The translations under genes were made by a program, and so were the position numbers. This document shows positions 49,294 through 59,562 of a stretch of 64,000 bases of DNA, piece after piece (the first letter of the stretch is position 1; each line of letters begins with the position of its first letter). The stretch comes from an uncultured Candidatus Saccharibacteria bacterium (lineage in GTDB: Bacteria; Patescibacteriota; Minisyncoccia; Minisyncoccales; CSSED10-335). The stretch spans positions 28,086-92,085 of the forward strand of contig CAZPFW010000001.1 in the NCBI GenBank assembly GCA_964586065.1, written 5' to 3'. A model generated the notes under the pieces. It was not told the origin of the DNA. It ran no database searches and saw only the letters and a program-made list of their open reading frames with translations.

Positions 49294-50147
49294 TTAATTT
49301 TTTGGAAACTCCTGTTCGTAAATTTTTCTTTCTTTTATATTAAGAAGAATACCCAATTCTTGTTGTAGCATTTCTGTTTCTTTTTGCTTCTCATTATCCC
49401 AAGAAGAAGCATCTAAGTAGATTGCATCGTCAGATATCTGTTTTTTCGAAATAGCTCCGCTTTCAAGAGCATAGCCAATTATATCTTCAGCTTTCGGATA
49501 AATAATTTTAAGAATCATCAAACACGCCTCTAAGTACCCACTCCGTAATTCCCTGTATTTCCCTTCAGAGATACCGCTTGGTCTCGGATAACAAAGAAAA
49601 ACATAAAAAGGGTTTTTCCTATTCATGGGAACGCTAATTCTTACTCTACAGAGGTCCCCAAATTCATTAAGAACTTTATAAAAACACAAAAATTTAATTT
49701 CTTTATCGTGAACTCTTTCGACGTCTCTAAATATTGATAAGAATTTATCTAATTTTTCTTTACTTTTAATTTTCTTATATTTTTCTAAAAAATTTAATTT
49801 TAATATTCCTTCTATATCCCAACTCACTCCAAGAACTTTATATACTAAGTGTTTACCACTTGTTAAGTTTATAGTTGGTTTTTCGTTGTTTTTTCTTCAT
49901 TTACTAAAAAAGAGTTATTATAATAAAAAAATAAGTTATTCAACTTTTTAACAGTTTCTATTGCTTCTTTTTCTGCACTACAAAAATTATCACTATTGAA
50001 AACAAGTGTCACTTCTTTTATTTCTCTTTCTTTTTGAAAAAGAATAAAAGCAACATCACAGTTATTAAAGAAAAATTTTCTAGATTCTCTTTCGCTCAAT
50101 ATTAGAAAATGTTTAGTTTTAAAAAATATTTTAAATTTATCTTTCAT
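49294..50147 (-). pseudogene. AT-rich hypothetical gene split by a frameshift (ORFs 49869-50147 and 49294-49827)
   Basis: The downstream frame is open back to the A6 run at about 49889-49894; adding one A fuses the two ORFs. Confidence 0.6.
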
Positions 50148-50241
50148 AATAAATTAAATTTTTGTTTATATTGTAACATTCTAATCTCAAAAAACACACC
50201 TTTTAGGTATGTTCCTCTATCTCTGAGCTAACCCTAACTTG

Positions 50242-50312
50242 CTGCCGGGCTAGGACTCGAACCTAGATTAACGGGACCAAAACCCGTCGTCCTACCATTA
50301 GACGACCCGGCA
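50242..50312 (-). tRNA. tRNA-Gln(UUG)
   Basis: Acceptor TGCCGGG/CCCGGCA, anticodon arm ACGGG-TTTTGGT-CCCGT, GGTTCGAGTCC T-arm; CCA not encoded. Confidence 0.95.
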
Positions 50313-50315
50313 ATA

Positions 50316-51443
50316 TTATCTATTTATACCAGTCATCTCTATAATTACAAGCTCTAAGGGAAGTTGCATTATAGAGGAATACTTCATCTTGTTCTGAGCT
50401 TTGATCATTAAATCCAAAACCACCTTGAGATCTTCTTCTTTGAATCTAGCAGCTTGTTCTTTCATCTTCTTAAAATCTTCATCTGTCAACCCTGCAAGAA
50501 CAGAACTCATTATCGGTGTTCCTTTCTTATCCGTCTCGTCTTCTAAAATCTTAACAATCATCGTTTTTCTTAAATAATCGGTCAATATTTTAGCAAATTC
50601 ACGAAGGTCTTTCCCTCTGTTGATCAATTCATCAATTAACTCCAAGGCTTTTTTGGGATCCTTGACAAGAATATACTCTGTCATCTCTGAAGCAAATTTG
50701 ACGTCAACCAGTCCGAGTAACCCCTCTATGTCTTCAACTTCTATCCTCTTGTCTGAAGGTAAAAATGAAGCGATCTGTCCCAATAATCCTTCGGCGTCTC
50801 GAGCGGCTCCTTCGGAGTTCAGAGCGATAAGCTCAAGCGCTTCCTTTGAGATATTCATCTCCTCTTTTTCAGAAATCAACTTCAGTCTTGAAATCAACTC
50901 GACGAGTGTCAACTTTCTAAAATCGAATCTTTGACATCGAGATATTATCGTGGGAATCATCTTGTGAGCCTCGGTGGTGGCAAGAATGAATATGGCATGA
51001 GGCGGAGCTTCTTCAAGGATCTTTAATAAAGCATTGGCTGCCTCTTTGGTCAATTGGTGAGCTTCGTCAATGATATAGACTTTTTTATTGGATCCAGTTG
51101 GAGCAAACTTAATTCCCTCTTTCAATTCTCTCACTTCGTCTATTCCCCTGTGTGACGCCGCGTCTATCTCTATCAGGTCGATTGCGGAACCTTTTGCAAC
51201 ATCAATACAAGAAGGACATTTTCCGCAAGGCTCGGCTCCGTCTCTCTTTTGACAGTTGAGTGATTTAGCCAACAGTCGAGCAATTGTGGTCTTCCCCGAT
51301 CCGCGAGGTCCGCAAAAAAGATAAGCGTGAGAGACTCTCCCTGATATTATCGCATTGGTGATCGTCTTAACGACATGCTCTTGCCCAACGATCTCTGAAA
51401 AACGTTGCGGTCTATACTTTCTATAAAAAACAAGGTGCGACAT
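50316..51443 (-). CDS. dnaX: DNA polymerase III gamma/tau
   Basis: YRKYRP, GPRGSGKTT, IDEAH, SRCQ. Confidence 0.96.
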   Translation of the reverse strand: MSHLVFYRKYRPQRFSEIVGQEHVVKTITNAIISGRVSHAYLFCGPRGSGKTTIARLLAKSLNCQKRDGAEPCGKCPSCIDVAKGSAIDLIEIDAASHRGIDEVRELKEGIKFAPTGSNKKVYIIDEAHQLTKEAANALLKILEEAPPHAIFILATTEAHKMIPTIISRCQRFDFRKLTLVELISRLKLISEKEEMNISKEALELIALNSEGAARDAEGLLGQIASFLPSDKRIEVEDIEGLLGLVDVKFASEMTEYILVKDPKKALELIDELINRGKDLREFAKILTDYLRKTMIVKILEDETDKKGTPIMSSVLAGLTDEDFKKMKEQAARFKEEDLKVVLDLMIKAQNKMKYSSIMQLPLELVIIEMTGINR

Positions 51444-52067
51444 CTATTTCTTAAAAACTATGAATTTAGATCCTACAAAATTCCAAATGAATGCAAACAA
51501 TGTTGCAATGATAGCTGCAATATTAGCCCAAAGCTCATCTGATATCTGATATTTAGGTCCGATGACAATAACTACAAAACTGGCAACTCCAACATTGATT
51601 AGAAAACCAAAAATTGTTACGGATAAGAACTTAAAGAACTCACCGGCCTCAAATTCTTCATCTCTTTTTTCAAAAGTCCAATGCTTGTTCCAAAAATAGC
51701 TGTTAACGGCCGCCACCATAAATGAGATCGCCTTGAATAAGATATAAAATAGTCCTGTCGCTATTCCGGTTCTAAAGATAAGAAGACTCAATACTCCCAA
51801 ATCAACCAAAGTGTTAAGCGCTCCGACAAGACCGAACTTTGCTATCTGATAGATTGCAACAAATCTTTTGCCAATCCATGAGGCAAAAAAGATTCCAATC
51901 AAAGAGAGTAACGATAACCCGATAGGAAGAAGCCAATACCAGAAACCACTTATCGGCAAATCAATATCTGATTCAAGAAGCTTGAAAACCATCAAAGCGA
52001 AAAACCCTGTCAGGGCTCCCACAATCAAACTCATCACCGCATCTCTTTTTTCTAAAATTTTATTCAT
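51444..52067 (-). CDS. GtrA family membrane protein
   Basis: KFGLVGALNTLVD, NSYFWNKHWTF, WNF..SK.IVF. Confidence 0.88.
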   Translation of the reverse strand: MNKILEKRDAVMSLIVGALTGFFALMVFKLLESDIDLPISGFWYWLLPIGLSLLSLIGIFFASWIGKRFVAIYQIAKFGLVGALNTLVDLGVLSLLIFRTGIATGLFYILFKAISFMVAAVNSYFWNKHWTFEKRDEEFEAGEFFKFLSVTIFGFLINVGVASFVVIVIGPKYQISDELWANIAAIIATLFAFIWNFVGSKFIVFKK

Positions 52068-52617
52068 TTTTTCGTTTACGATTATAATATAAGAGATAAC
52101 CTATTATTCCGGTAAAGGCAATCCCAAGCAAAACTTGCCAACCAAAAAAATCATTTATCAGTATGCCTGCATTAGATACCAAAAGTACTATCGCTCCCGC
52201 TATCATTACTCCAATTGAGATCACAGGAAAGGCCTTTTTGAATGGAAGATTGAATACAAAAGCTATAAGCGAAGCCGTCCAACCCCCGGTTATGGGTAGA
52301 GGAATTGCCACAAAAAGCAGCAAAGCTAAAAGCCCGTATTTTTCAACATTGACGGAATGCTCTCTTCTTGTTTTTTCAAAAAGAAAATTAAAAAACTTTT
52401 CAAAAAAGATAAAATGTTTTGAGAGCCATTTGGAAAAATCTCCCAAAAAAACGAGTATCAAAAAGACCGCCAAGATATTTCCGGCCACAGATATCAGATA
52501 AGCCAAAATCGGACTCATTTTGTAAAAAGTTAAAGCGATCGGAATCGCAACCCGTAACTCCCCTACAGGAGTCATTGATAACAAAAAAGTCTTGATTAAA
52601 GGCGATATATCAATCAT
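52060..52617 (-). CDS. Small multidrug export family membrane protein
   Basis: P..ELR.AIP, FVAIPLP.TGGWT. Confidence 0.85.
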   Translation of the reverse strand: MIDISPLIKTFLLSMTPVGELRVAIPIALTFYKMSPILAYLISVAGNILAVFLILVFLGDFSKWLSKHFIFFEKFFNFLFEKTRREHSVNVEKYGLLALLLFVAIPLPITGGWTASLIAFVFNLPFKKAFPVISIGVMIAGAIVLLVSNAGILINDFFGWQVLLGIAFTGIIGYLLYYNRKRKNE

Positions 52618-52658
52618 CTGTCTGATTTTACTACAATTTCAATGAAATTAAAAGAAAA

Positions 52659-54569
52659 TTAATCGTCAATTATTTCCATTTCCAAATATTCCGGGCTGAA
52701 TATAGATAAATCTAATTTTGAGATGACATTTGGCATTTCAATAAAGCGAGACAACTCATTGGAATAACCGGCTCTTGATTGAAGAGAGTATGATATATAA
52801 AGCCTCTTCTTGGCTCTGGTAATCGCAACGTAAAAAAGTCTCTGTTCTTCTTCCAGTTCATCTTTTGAATCAAATGAAAAACTGATGGGCAAAGATCCAT
52901 CTGTCATATTCATGATAAAAAGAGTATCCCATTCAAGTCCTTTAGCCGAGTGTATGGTGCTTAATGTTACCATGTCTTTGTTCAAATCAGTTGTCCCCCT
53001 TTCTTGCCCGTCTATCGTAAAATCAATTAAAAAATTCCTTAAAGACGAATATCTACCGCTTATCTCTTTTATCACCTCGATATCTTCCAATCTTTTGTTC
53101 CAATTGTCATAATTATTTTTTAAAATTGGCAGATAGTAATTAAAAATAATCTCTAATCTGTCCGAAACTTTCAAACCCTTGGCCGATGCTTTTTTGATCA
53201 ATTGAGCAAGCTCGGTAACTTCAACAAATTCCGAATCGGCAAGATAATTGAGCGCTTCCTTCAGTTTGGAGCTCTTTGCAATGTTTGAAATCACCCCCTC
53301 CGCTCTCTTAACTCCTATCTTGGGTAATAAAGTAAGAACTCTTCTCCATGACAAGTCGTCTCTAAAGCTGGATATGACTCTCAAGTATGAGATGAAATCT
53401 TTGACATGAGCCATCTCGTAGAACTTTCTTCCGCCAACAACTCTAAAAGGAATTCTTCTCTTATCCAATTCCATCTGTAAAGCTATCGAATGGAAAGATG
53501 ACCTGAAGAGAACTCCTATCCTCTTAACGTCTTCTCTATTGGTTATAAGAGACTCTATCTTGGTAGCTATTCCATGAGCTTCACTGTATTGATCCTTATA
53601 ACAAGTTAATTTCGGTTTCTCTCCCAAATCTTTGTTTCCGGAAACCAATACCTTGGAATATTTCTCTTCCATGTTTTCTAAAACAGCATTGGCTAAATCA
53701 AGTATAGACTGAGTGCTACGATAATTACTTTCAAGAGTTACGATTTTACTCTTTGGAAAAAACTTCGGAAAATTCATTATGTTTTTATGAGATGATCCTC
53801 TGAATCCATATATGGTTTGAGCATCATCTCCCACAACCACTATATTCTGATGATCTTTGCCCAAAAGATATGTTATCTCTCCTTGTATCGGGTTAGTGTC
53901 TTGATACTCATCAACCATGATGTAGTTGTATCTGTGTGATAATTTCTTTCTGATTGATTCATTTCTAAGAAGGAGTCTGAGATTAACCAAAAGATCATCG
54001 TAGTCAACATAATTTCTCTCTTTTTTAGCTTTTCCGTACTCAACCTTGATCGCCTCTATCTCCGATACGAATTTATTAAAATGAGGATACTGAATCTCCA
54101 GAGCGTCCCCTATACTCATTCCTTTATTGATTGATGCGCTGATAATCTCTCTTACCGTCTCTTTTTTCGGGAAATTTTTATCATTGATTCCGATCTTTTT
54201 GACACCTTGATTAATTAAATCTGAAGAATCACTCTCGTCTAAAACCAGAAAAGAGTTTTCAATTTCAATCAAGCCGGAATACCTTCTTAAGACTTTATAA
54301 GCAAAAGAGTGAAAAGTTCCCCCTTCTATCTCTTGACACCTCTCGTCTTTTTCAACCACTCGAGAGAGCATCTCAAAAGCCGCTCTTTTGGTAAAAGTCA
54401 AAAGCAGTATTGATTTTGGGTTTACTCCGCTGTCTACAAGATAGAGAGTGCGGTACTCAATGACTCGTGTCTTACCTGATCCAGCACCGGCTAATATAAG
54501 CATCGGTCCCTTATCATTGGTAACGGCTTCATATTGAGCTTTATTAAGATTTTTTCTGAAATCAATCAC
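52659..54569 (-). CDS. UvrD/Rep/PcrA family helicase
   Basis: AGAGSGKT, DEYQD, VGDDAQ.IY.FRG, STIHSAKGLEW. Confidence 0.93.
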   Translation of the reverse strand: MIDFRKNLNKAQYEAVTNDKGPMLILAGAGSGKTRVIEYRTLYLVDSGVNPKSILLLTFTKRAAFEMLSRVVEKDERCQEIEGGTFHSFAYKVLRRYSGLIEIENSFLVLDESDSSDLINQGVKKIGINDKNFPKKETVREIISASINKGMSIGDALEIQYPHFNKFVSEIEAIKVEYGKAKKERNYVDYDDLLVNLRLLLRNESIRKKLSHRYNYIMVDEYQDTNPIQGEITYLLGKDHQNIVVVGDDAQTIYGFRGSSHKNIMNFPKFFPKSKIVTLESNYRSTQSILDLANAVLENMEEKYSKVLVSGNKDLGEKPKLTCYKDQYSEAHGIATKIESLITNREDVKRIGVLFRSSFHSIALQMELDKRRIPFRVVGGRKFYEMAHVKDFISYLRVISSFRDDLSWRRVLTLLPKIGVKRAEGVISNIAKSSKLKEALNYLADSEFVEVTELAQLIKKASAKGLKVSDRLEIIFNYYLPILKNNYDNWNKRLEDIEVIKEISGRYSSLRNFLIDFTIDGQERGTTDLNKDMVTLSTIHSAKGLEWDTLFIMNMTDGSLPISFSFDSKDELEEEQRLFYVAITRAKKRLYISYSLQSRAGYSNELSRFIEMPNVISKLDLSIFSPEYLEMEIIDD

Positions 54570-55143
54570 AAGGGTTTTTTAATTGTCTCTCAATCACCTC
54601 AAGAAGTTCGTCCCTGCCTTTTTTTGTCTTGGCGGAGTATCCGATAATAGGAATGTCTTTTGCTTCTTTTTCAATCGACTCTATCTGTTCTTGATAAGAC
54701 AACCGTTTCAATTTATCTGATTTGTTTGCAATTAAAAATATCTTGTGTCGATTCTCAGACAGATTCTCTATCATCTCTTTATCTAATTGAGTCAACCCAA
54801 CCTTTATATCAATCACTAAAAAAACAGCTCTCGGCTTCTTTTTGGCCGACCTGATATACCAGAGAATTCGAGAGATCATCTTGTTTCTTTCTTTAATCGA
54901 CACTTTGGCAAAACCGTATCCGGGGAAATCAATCAAGTAAAACTCGTTATTGATTAAATAGAGATTGGCACTTCTTGTTTTTCCGGGAATTTTACTTGTT
55001 TTAGCCAAGTCTTTTTTGCCAATAATTGAGTTTATCACGCTTGATTTTCCAACATTTGAACGACCAAAAAAAGCTATCTGAGGTAGACTCCCATAATCAT
55101 CACCCATAACGGTTTTTATGAATTTTGCTTCTTTTATCTCCAT
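54562..55143 (-). CDS. engB: Ribosome biogenesis GTPase YsxC/EngB
   Basis: GRSNVGKSS, PGKT, DFPGYG, NKSD. Confidence 0.95.
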   Translation of the reverse strand: MEIKEAKFIKTVMGDDYGSLPQIAFFGRSNVGKSSVINSIIGKKDLAKTSKIPGKTRSANLYLINNEFYLIDFPGYGFAKVSIKERNKMISRILWYIRSAKKKPRAVFLVIDIKVGLTQLDKEMIENLSENRHKIFLIANKSDKLKRLSYQEQIESIEKEAKDIPIIGYSAKTKKGRDELLEVIERQLKNPCD

Positions 55144-55180
55144 TTCAAATTGATTTTAGCTTTCCCTTATAGTAAAATAG

Positions 55181-56629
55181 ATGAAAATGATTAAACTTTA
55201 CAACACTTTAACCAGAAAGAAGGAAGTTTTCAAGCCGATAAAAGATAAAATCGTCGGTCTCTATGCTTGTGGACCAACGGTCTATTGGTACGTTCATATC
55301 GGAAACCTTCGCTCTTACATCTTTGAAGACGTATTGCGTCGCACGCTGGAGTATAACGGATACAGTGTGAATCATATCATCAATATAACAGATGTCGGAC
55401 ATCTCACTTCAGATGCCGATACGGGAGAAGACAAGATGGAAAAGGGGGCTAAAAGAGAGAAGAAGAGTGTTTGGGAGATAGCTGAATATTACACTGATGA
55501 ATTTAAAGAGGATATAAAGAAATTAAACATCAAAGAGCCCTCGTCATGGACCAAAGCCACCGATTTCATTAAAGAGCAGATTGAGTTGATAGAAGATCTG
55601 GAAAAAAACGGATTCACTTATCTGATATCGGACGGCCTCTATTTTGATACCGGTAAATTGGAGAATTACGGTCGCCTTTGGGGAAGTAAGAAGGTCTTGC
55701 TTAGGGCCGGAGCTAGAGTCGAAGTGGTAAGGGGTAAAAAGAATCCATCTGATTTTGCCCTTTGGAAACTAACTTCTGAAAAAGAAAAAAGGGAGATGGA
55801 GTGGGATTCTCCGTGGGGACGCGGTTTTCCCGGATGGCACACCGAATGTGTTGCCATGGCCAAGTCCAAACTTGGATTACCTTTTGACATTCATTGCGGA
55901 GGAATTGATCATATTCAAATTCATCATACAAACGAGATTGCTCAATCAGAGGCGGCTTATGGAATAGTTCCCGCCAGTTTTTGGATTCATGGTGAATTCC
56001 TCGATCTTAAAAGTGAAAAAATGTCAAAATCAAAAGGTAATGTTATAAGAATAAAGACTCTTGAAGAAAAAGGGATTGATCCCTTGGCTTACAGATATCT
56101 ATGTCTTAATGCTCATTACAGAACGAAGTTGACATTCTCGTGGAGTGCCCTTCAAGCGGCTCAAAACGGCTTGAATCATCTGCGATTATTGATATCAACT
56201 CTTAATAAAGGAGGTGGAGATGTTGACCTGACAAAAGAAAAAGAAGAATTCCTTAATATTATGAATAATGATCTTGATACCCCAAAGGCGATCGCTTTCC
56301 TTCAAAAGAAATTAAAGGGAACTGAATTAACAGAAGGGGAAAAAAGAGCCTTAGTAAAAGAAGTTGATCAAATATTTGCTCTTGATCTTGATAAGCTTAA
56401 AAGAGAGCCTATTACAACGGACGGTAAAAACTATCTTGTCAGTTCAAGAAAAGTAAACAAAGAAGAGAAAGAAGTCCTTGAAAGATTATTAAAAGAAAGA
56501 TACAAATATAAGAAAGAAAATGATTGGCAAAAAGCCGATCAAGTAAGAAAAGAGATAGAAAATTTGGGGTTCTCAATTAAAGACACTAAAGACGGATCAA
56601 TAATAACAGAGACAGATGAGCCAAGATAA
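55181..56629 (+). CDS. cysS: Cysteine--tRNA ligase
   Basis: CGPTVY, HIGN, PGWHTEC, KMSKS. Confidence 0.97.
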   Translation: MKMIKLYNTLTRKKEVFKPIKDKIVGLYACGPTVYWYVHIGNLRSYIFEDVLRRTLEYNGYSVNHIINITDVGHLTSDADTGEDKMEKGAKREKKSVWEIAEYYTDEFKEDIKKLNIKEPSSWTKATDFIKEQIELIEDLEKNGFTYLISDGLYFDTGKLENYGRLWGSKKVLLRAGARVEVVRGKKNPSDFALWKLTSEKEKREMEWDSPWGRGFPGWHTECVAMAKSKLGLPFDIHCGGIDHIQIHHTNEIAQSEAAYGIVPASFWIHGEFLDLKSEKMSKSKGNVIRIKTLEEKGIDPLAYRYLCLNAHYRTKLTFSWSALQAAQNGLNHLRLLISTLNKGGGDVDLTKEKEEFLNIMNNDLDTPKAIAFLQKKLKGTELTEGEKRALVKEVDQIFALDLDKLKREPITTDGKNYLVSSRKVNKEEKEVLERLLKERYKYKKENDWQKADQVRKEIENLGFSIKDTKDGSIITETDEPR

Positions 56630-58574
56630 AAAGTTAATCCATAAAGTTCCCCCACAAAGCTTGGAAGCCGAGGTATCGCTTCTCGGATCTTTAATGATTG
56701 ATAAAGACGCGATCATAAAGGTGGCTGATTTTCTACAACCCAGAGATTTCTATAAACCGTCTCATCAAGACATCTATCAAGTAATGTTGGATCTCTTCAA
56801 ACAAAGAGAACCAATTGACACTCTTTCAGTTTCAGCCGCCTTAAAAGAAAGAAATCTGTTCGACTCCATCGGCGGCACCGCTTGTCTCGCCGATATGGTG
56901 GCCTCCGTCCCAACTTCAAGTCATATTCTCAATTACGCCAAGATTGTGCAGAAAAAAAGGATCTTGAGGGATCTGATTGAGTCAAGCCGAGATATTGAAT
57001 TGATGGCTTACAAAGAAGTCGGAGAGATTGACAATCTGCTTGATAAAGCTGAGAAAAGAATCTTCTCTATCGCAGAACACTCTATGCAACAGAGGTTCTA
57101 TTCAATCAAAGACAATCTTGAAGAAACATTTGATCGAATAGATAAACTTTCCAAGTTTGAAGGATCTATTAGAGGAGTTCCTACAGGGTTTGCTGAATTG
57201 GACGACAGGCTTTCCGGTTTACAAAAATCAGATTTGATAATATTAGCCGCTCGTCCTTCTTTGGGTAAATCCTCTCTCGCCTTTAATATCGCTTTAAACG
57301 TTTCAATGAATCATAAGACACCTGTTGGAATATTCAGTCTTGAAATGTCAAAAGATCAGATCATTGATAGGTTCATTTCAACTTTAGCGGGAATAGATCT
57401 TTGGAAACTTAGAACCGGGCGTTTGTCTTCAAAGGGTGATAATAATGATTTTGAAAGAATCCAGCACGCTTTGGCGGCTCTCTCTGAGACTCAAATATAT
57501 GTTGACGACTCGGCTAGTTCAGACGCTTTAAAGATGAGAGCTATGGCCAGAAGGCTTCAAGCTGATAAAGGACTCGGTTTGATAATAGTTGATTACCTTC
57601 AATTAATAGATTCAGGAAGAAATTCAAATTACGACTCAATGGTTCAACAGATGAGCGCCATATCCCGATCTCTTAAAGGTTTAGCTAAAGAGCTTAACAT
57701 CCCGGTCTTGGCCATCTCTCAACTATCAAGAGCTGTTGAACAACGAACTCCGCAGATACCGCGACTTTCGGATCTGAGAGAATCGGGTTGCCTTTCGGGA
57801 GAATCATTAATTCGGTTGTCAAACGGTGAAAAACCTGTCGAAATAAAAAAACTAGTCGGCCAAGTTGACATACCTGTCTATAGTATGGATGAAAATTATA
57901 GGATCGTTAAGAGTAAGATGTCAAAAGTTTTCTCCACTGGCAAGAAGATGATCTACCAGGTCGTAACCGAAAGCGGTAAAGAGATTAAAGCTTCGGCCAA
58001 TCATCCTTTCTGGAGGGTGGACGGCTGGAGTCGTCTTGATGAATTGAATAAGGGAGATTACATCGCAACACCCATCAAAGAAAAGAGTTCTCTTGTCTGG
58101 CCCAGAGAAGCTTGGGATCATATCATCAATCCGTTATTAAACCATCATAACGTGGAGTTGAATTGTAAAAAAGATACCCCGATTAAGACTCTACAGATGA
58201 CTAAAATGGCACAAATTGTCAATTCACCCATAATATCGAATATGGTAAATGCTCAGATAAGATGGGATAAGATAGTGAGTATAAAAGAATTGAGAGTTGA
58301 AGAAGTATATGACGCTTCCGTTCCGATATTTCACAATTTCATCGCCAATGACATAATTGTAGAAAACAGTATAGAGCAAGATGCCGATGTTGTACTCTTT
58401 ATTCATCGTGAAGACAAATATCGCACGGACACTGAAAGAAAGAATGTAGCTGACATTATGATTGCGAAACACAGAAACGGTCCTGTCGGAAAAGTTGAGC
58501 TCTATTTTGATGAGCAGACCGCCACATTTAAAAGTCTTGATAAGATTTACAGCGACGAAACCAGTTTCTTATGA
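56616..58574 (+). CDS. dnaB: Replicative DNA helicase with intein
   Basis: AARPSLGKS, DYLQL, SQLSR, LRESG|intein|SIEQDAD, AKHRNGP. Confidence 0.97.
   Translation: MSQDKKLIHKVPPQSLEAEVSLLGSLMIDKDAIIKVADFLQPRDFYKPSHQDIYQVMLDLFKQREPIDTLSVSAALKERNLFDSIGGTACLADMVASVPTSSHILNYAKIVQKKRILRDLIESSRDIELMAYKEVGEIDNLLDKAEKRIFSIAEHSMQQRFYSIKDNLEETFDRIDKLSKFEGSIRGVPTGFAELDDRLSGLQKSDLIILAARPSLGKSSLAFNIALNVSMNHKTPVGIFSLEMSKDQIIDRFISTLAGIDLWKLRTGRLSSKGDNNDFERIQHALAALSETQIYVDDSASSDALKMRAMARRLQADKGLGLIIVDYLQLIDSGRNSNYDSMVQQMSAISRSLKGLAKELNIPVLAISQLSRAVEQRTPQIPRLSDLRESGCLSGESLIRLSNGEKPVEIKKLVGQVDIPVYSMDENYRIVKSKMSKVFSTGKKMIYQVVTESGKEIKASANHPFWRVDGWSRLDELNKGDYIATPIKEKSSLVWPREAWDHIINPLLNHHNVELNCKKDTPIKTLQMTKMAQIVNSPIISNMVNAQIRWDKIVSIKELRVEEVYDASVPIFHNFIANDIIVENSIEQDADVVLFIHREDKYRTDTERKNVADIMIAKHRNGPVGKVELYFDEQTATFKSLDKIYSDETSFL
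57789..58367 (+). mobile_element. 193-aa mini-intein in DnaB
   Basis: Begins CLSGES, block B ASANHPF, block F VYDASV..HNFIAN, ends IIVEN before Ser+1; no LAGLIDADG motifs. Confidence 0.92.
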
Positions 58575-59182
58575 ACCCGAAATCGATTCAAAGATTGATT
58601 AACTCTTTCTCAAAGCTTCCGTCAGTTGGGTCAAGAACCGCATCTCGTTTTGCATTTTATGCAATCAAAGCTCCAAAAAAAGAGATAAAAGAGATGATTG
58701 AGGCTTTAATTGAGGTGAAAGAAAATGTTAAGCTTTGTTCTATCTGTTTTAATCCGTTTGAAGGAGAATCCGATCTTTGTGAAATCTGTTCTGATCCGAG
58801 AAGAAGAAAAGACACTCTTTGCATAATAGAAAAAGAAAGCGATTTAATCGCTATTGAACAGATTAAGAGTTATCAAGGAATCTTTTTTATCTTGGGAGGG
58901 ACATTATCTCCCACAAGAAAAGAAGGGATTCAAAAAATCAGAATTAAGGAATTGATTGAACGAATAGGAAACCCAACTAAGTTTGGGCTGAATAAATTGA
59001 AAGAAATTATTATCGCAACCAATTTTACATCTGAAGGAGAAACGACTGCACTCTATCTTGAAAGAACTCTCAAAGACAGTGGAATAAAGATTACGCGATT
59101 GGCTCGCGGATTACCGAAAGGCGGAGAGTTGGAATATATTGACGAAGAGACCATCTTGTCTGCTATAAACCAAAGAAGATAA
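58571..59182 (+). CDS. recR: Recombination mediator RecR
   Basis: LPSVG.RTA.R, C4 zinc finger, EGETTA, LARGLP.GGELEY.D. Confidence 0.95.
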   Translation: MNPKSIQRLINSFSKLPSVGSRTASRFAFYAIKAPKKEIKEMIEALIEVKENVKLCSICFNPFEGESDLCEICSDPRRRKDTLCIIEKESDLIAIEQIKSYQGIFFILGGTLSPTRKEGIQKIRIKELIERIGNPTKFGLNKLKEIIIATNFTSEGETTALYLERTLKDSGIKITRLARGLPKGGELEYIDEETILSAINQRR

Positions 59183-59204
59183 AACCCCTTTTGAAGGGGT
59201 TTTT
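59181..59204. terminator. Bidirectional terminator between recR and rplU
   Basis: AAAACCCCTT/AAGGGGTTTT. Confidence 0.85.
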
Positions 59205-59516
59205 TTAGGCTTCTATCTTTGTTACCTCAACTTCAGTGTATTGCTGTCGATGGCCTTTTTTGATTCGTTGTCTCTTTTTGGGTTTGTACTTAAAAACTAT
59301 GATCTTATCACCTTTAAAGTGAGACAATATTTTTGCTCTTACTTTGGCCCTGTCTATCAAAGGAGTTCCCACTCTAACATCTTTGTCTTGAGCAACCAAA
59401 AGCACCTGATCAAAAACGGTTTCTTTCCCTTCTTCGCCTTTAATCTTCTCTATCTTTATCTTTTTACCGGGCTCAACTAAATATTGTTTCCCGCCTGTTT
59501 TGATTATAGCTATCAT
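59205..59516 (-). CDS. rplU: 50S ribosomal protein L21
   Basis: AIIKTGGKQY, KGHRQQYT. Confidence 0.97.
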   Translation of the reverse strand: MIAIIKTGGKQYLVEPGKKIKIEKIKGEEGKETVFDQVLLVAQDKDVRVGTPLIDRAKVRAKILSHFKGDKIIVFKYKPKKRQRIKKGHRQQYTEVEVTKIEA

Positions 59517-59562
59517 ATTAAATTCATTCGTTAATGGACCGATATTAACTCAAAAAGAAGAA

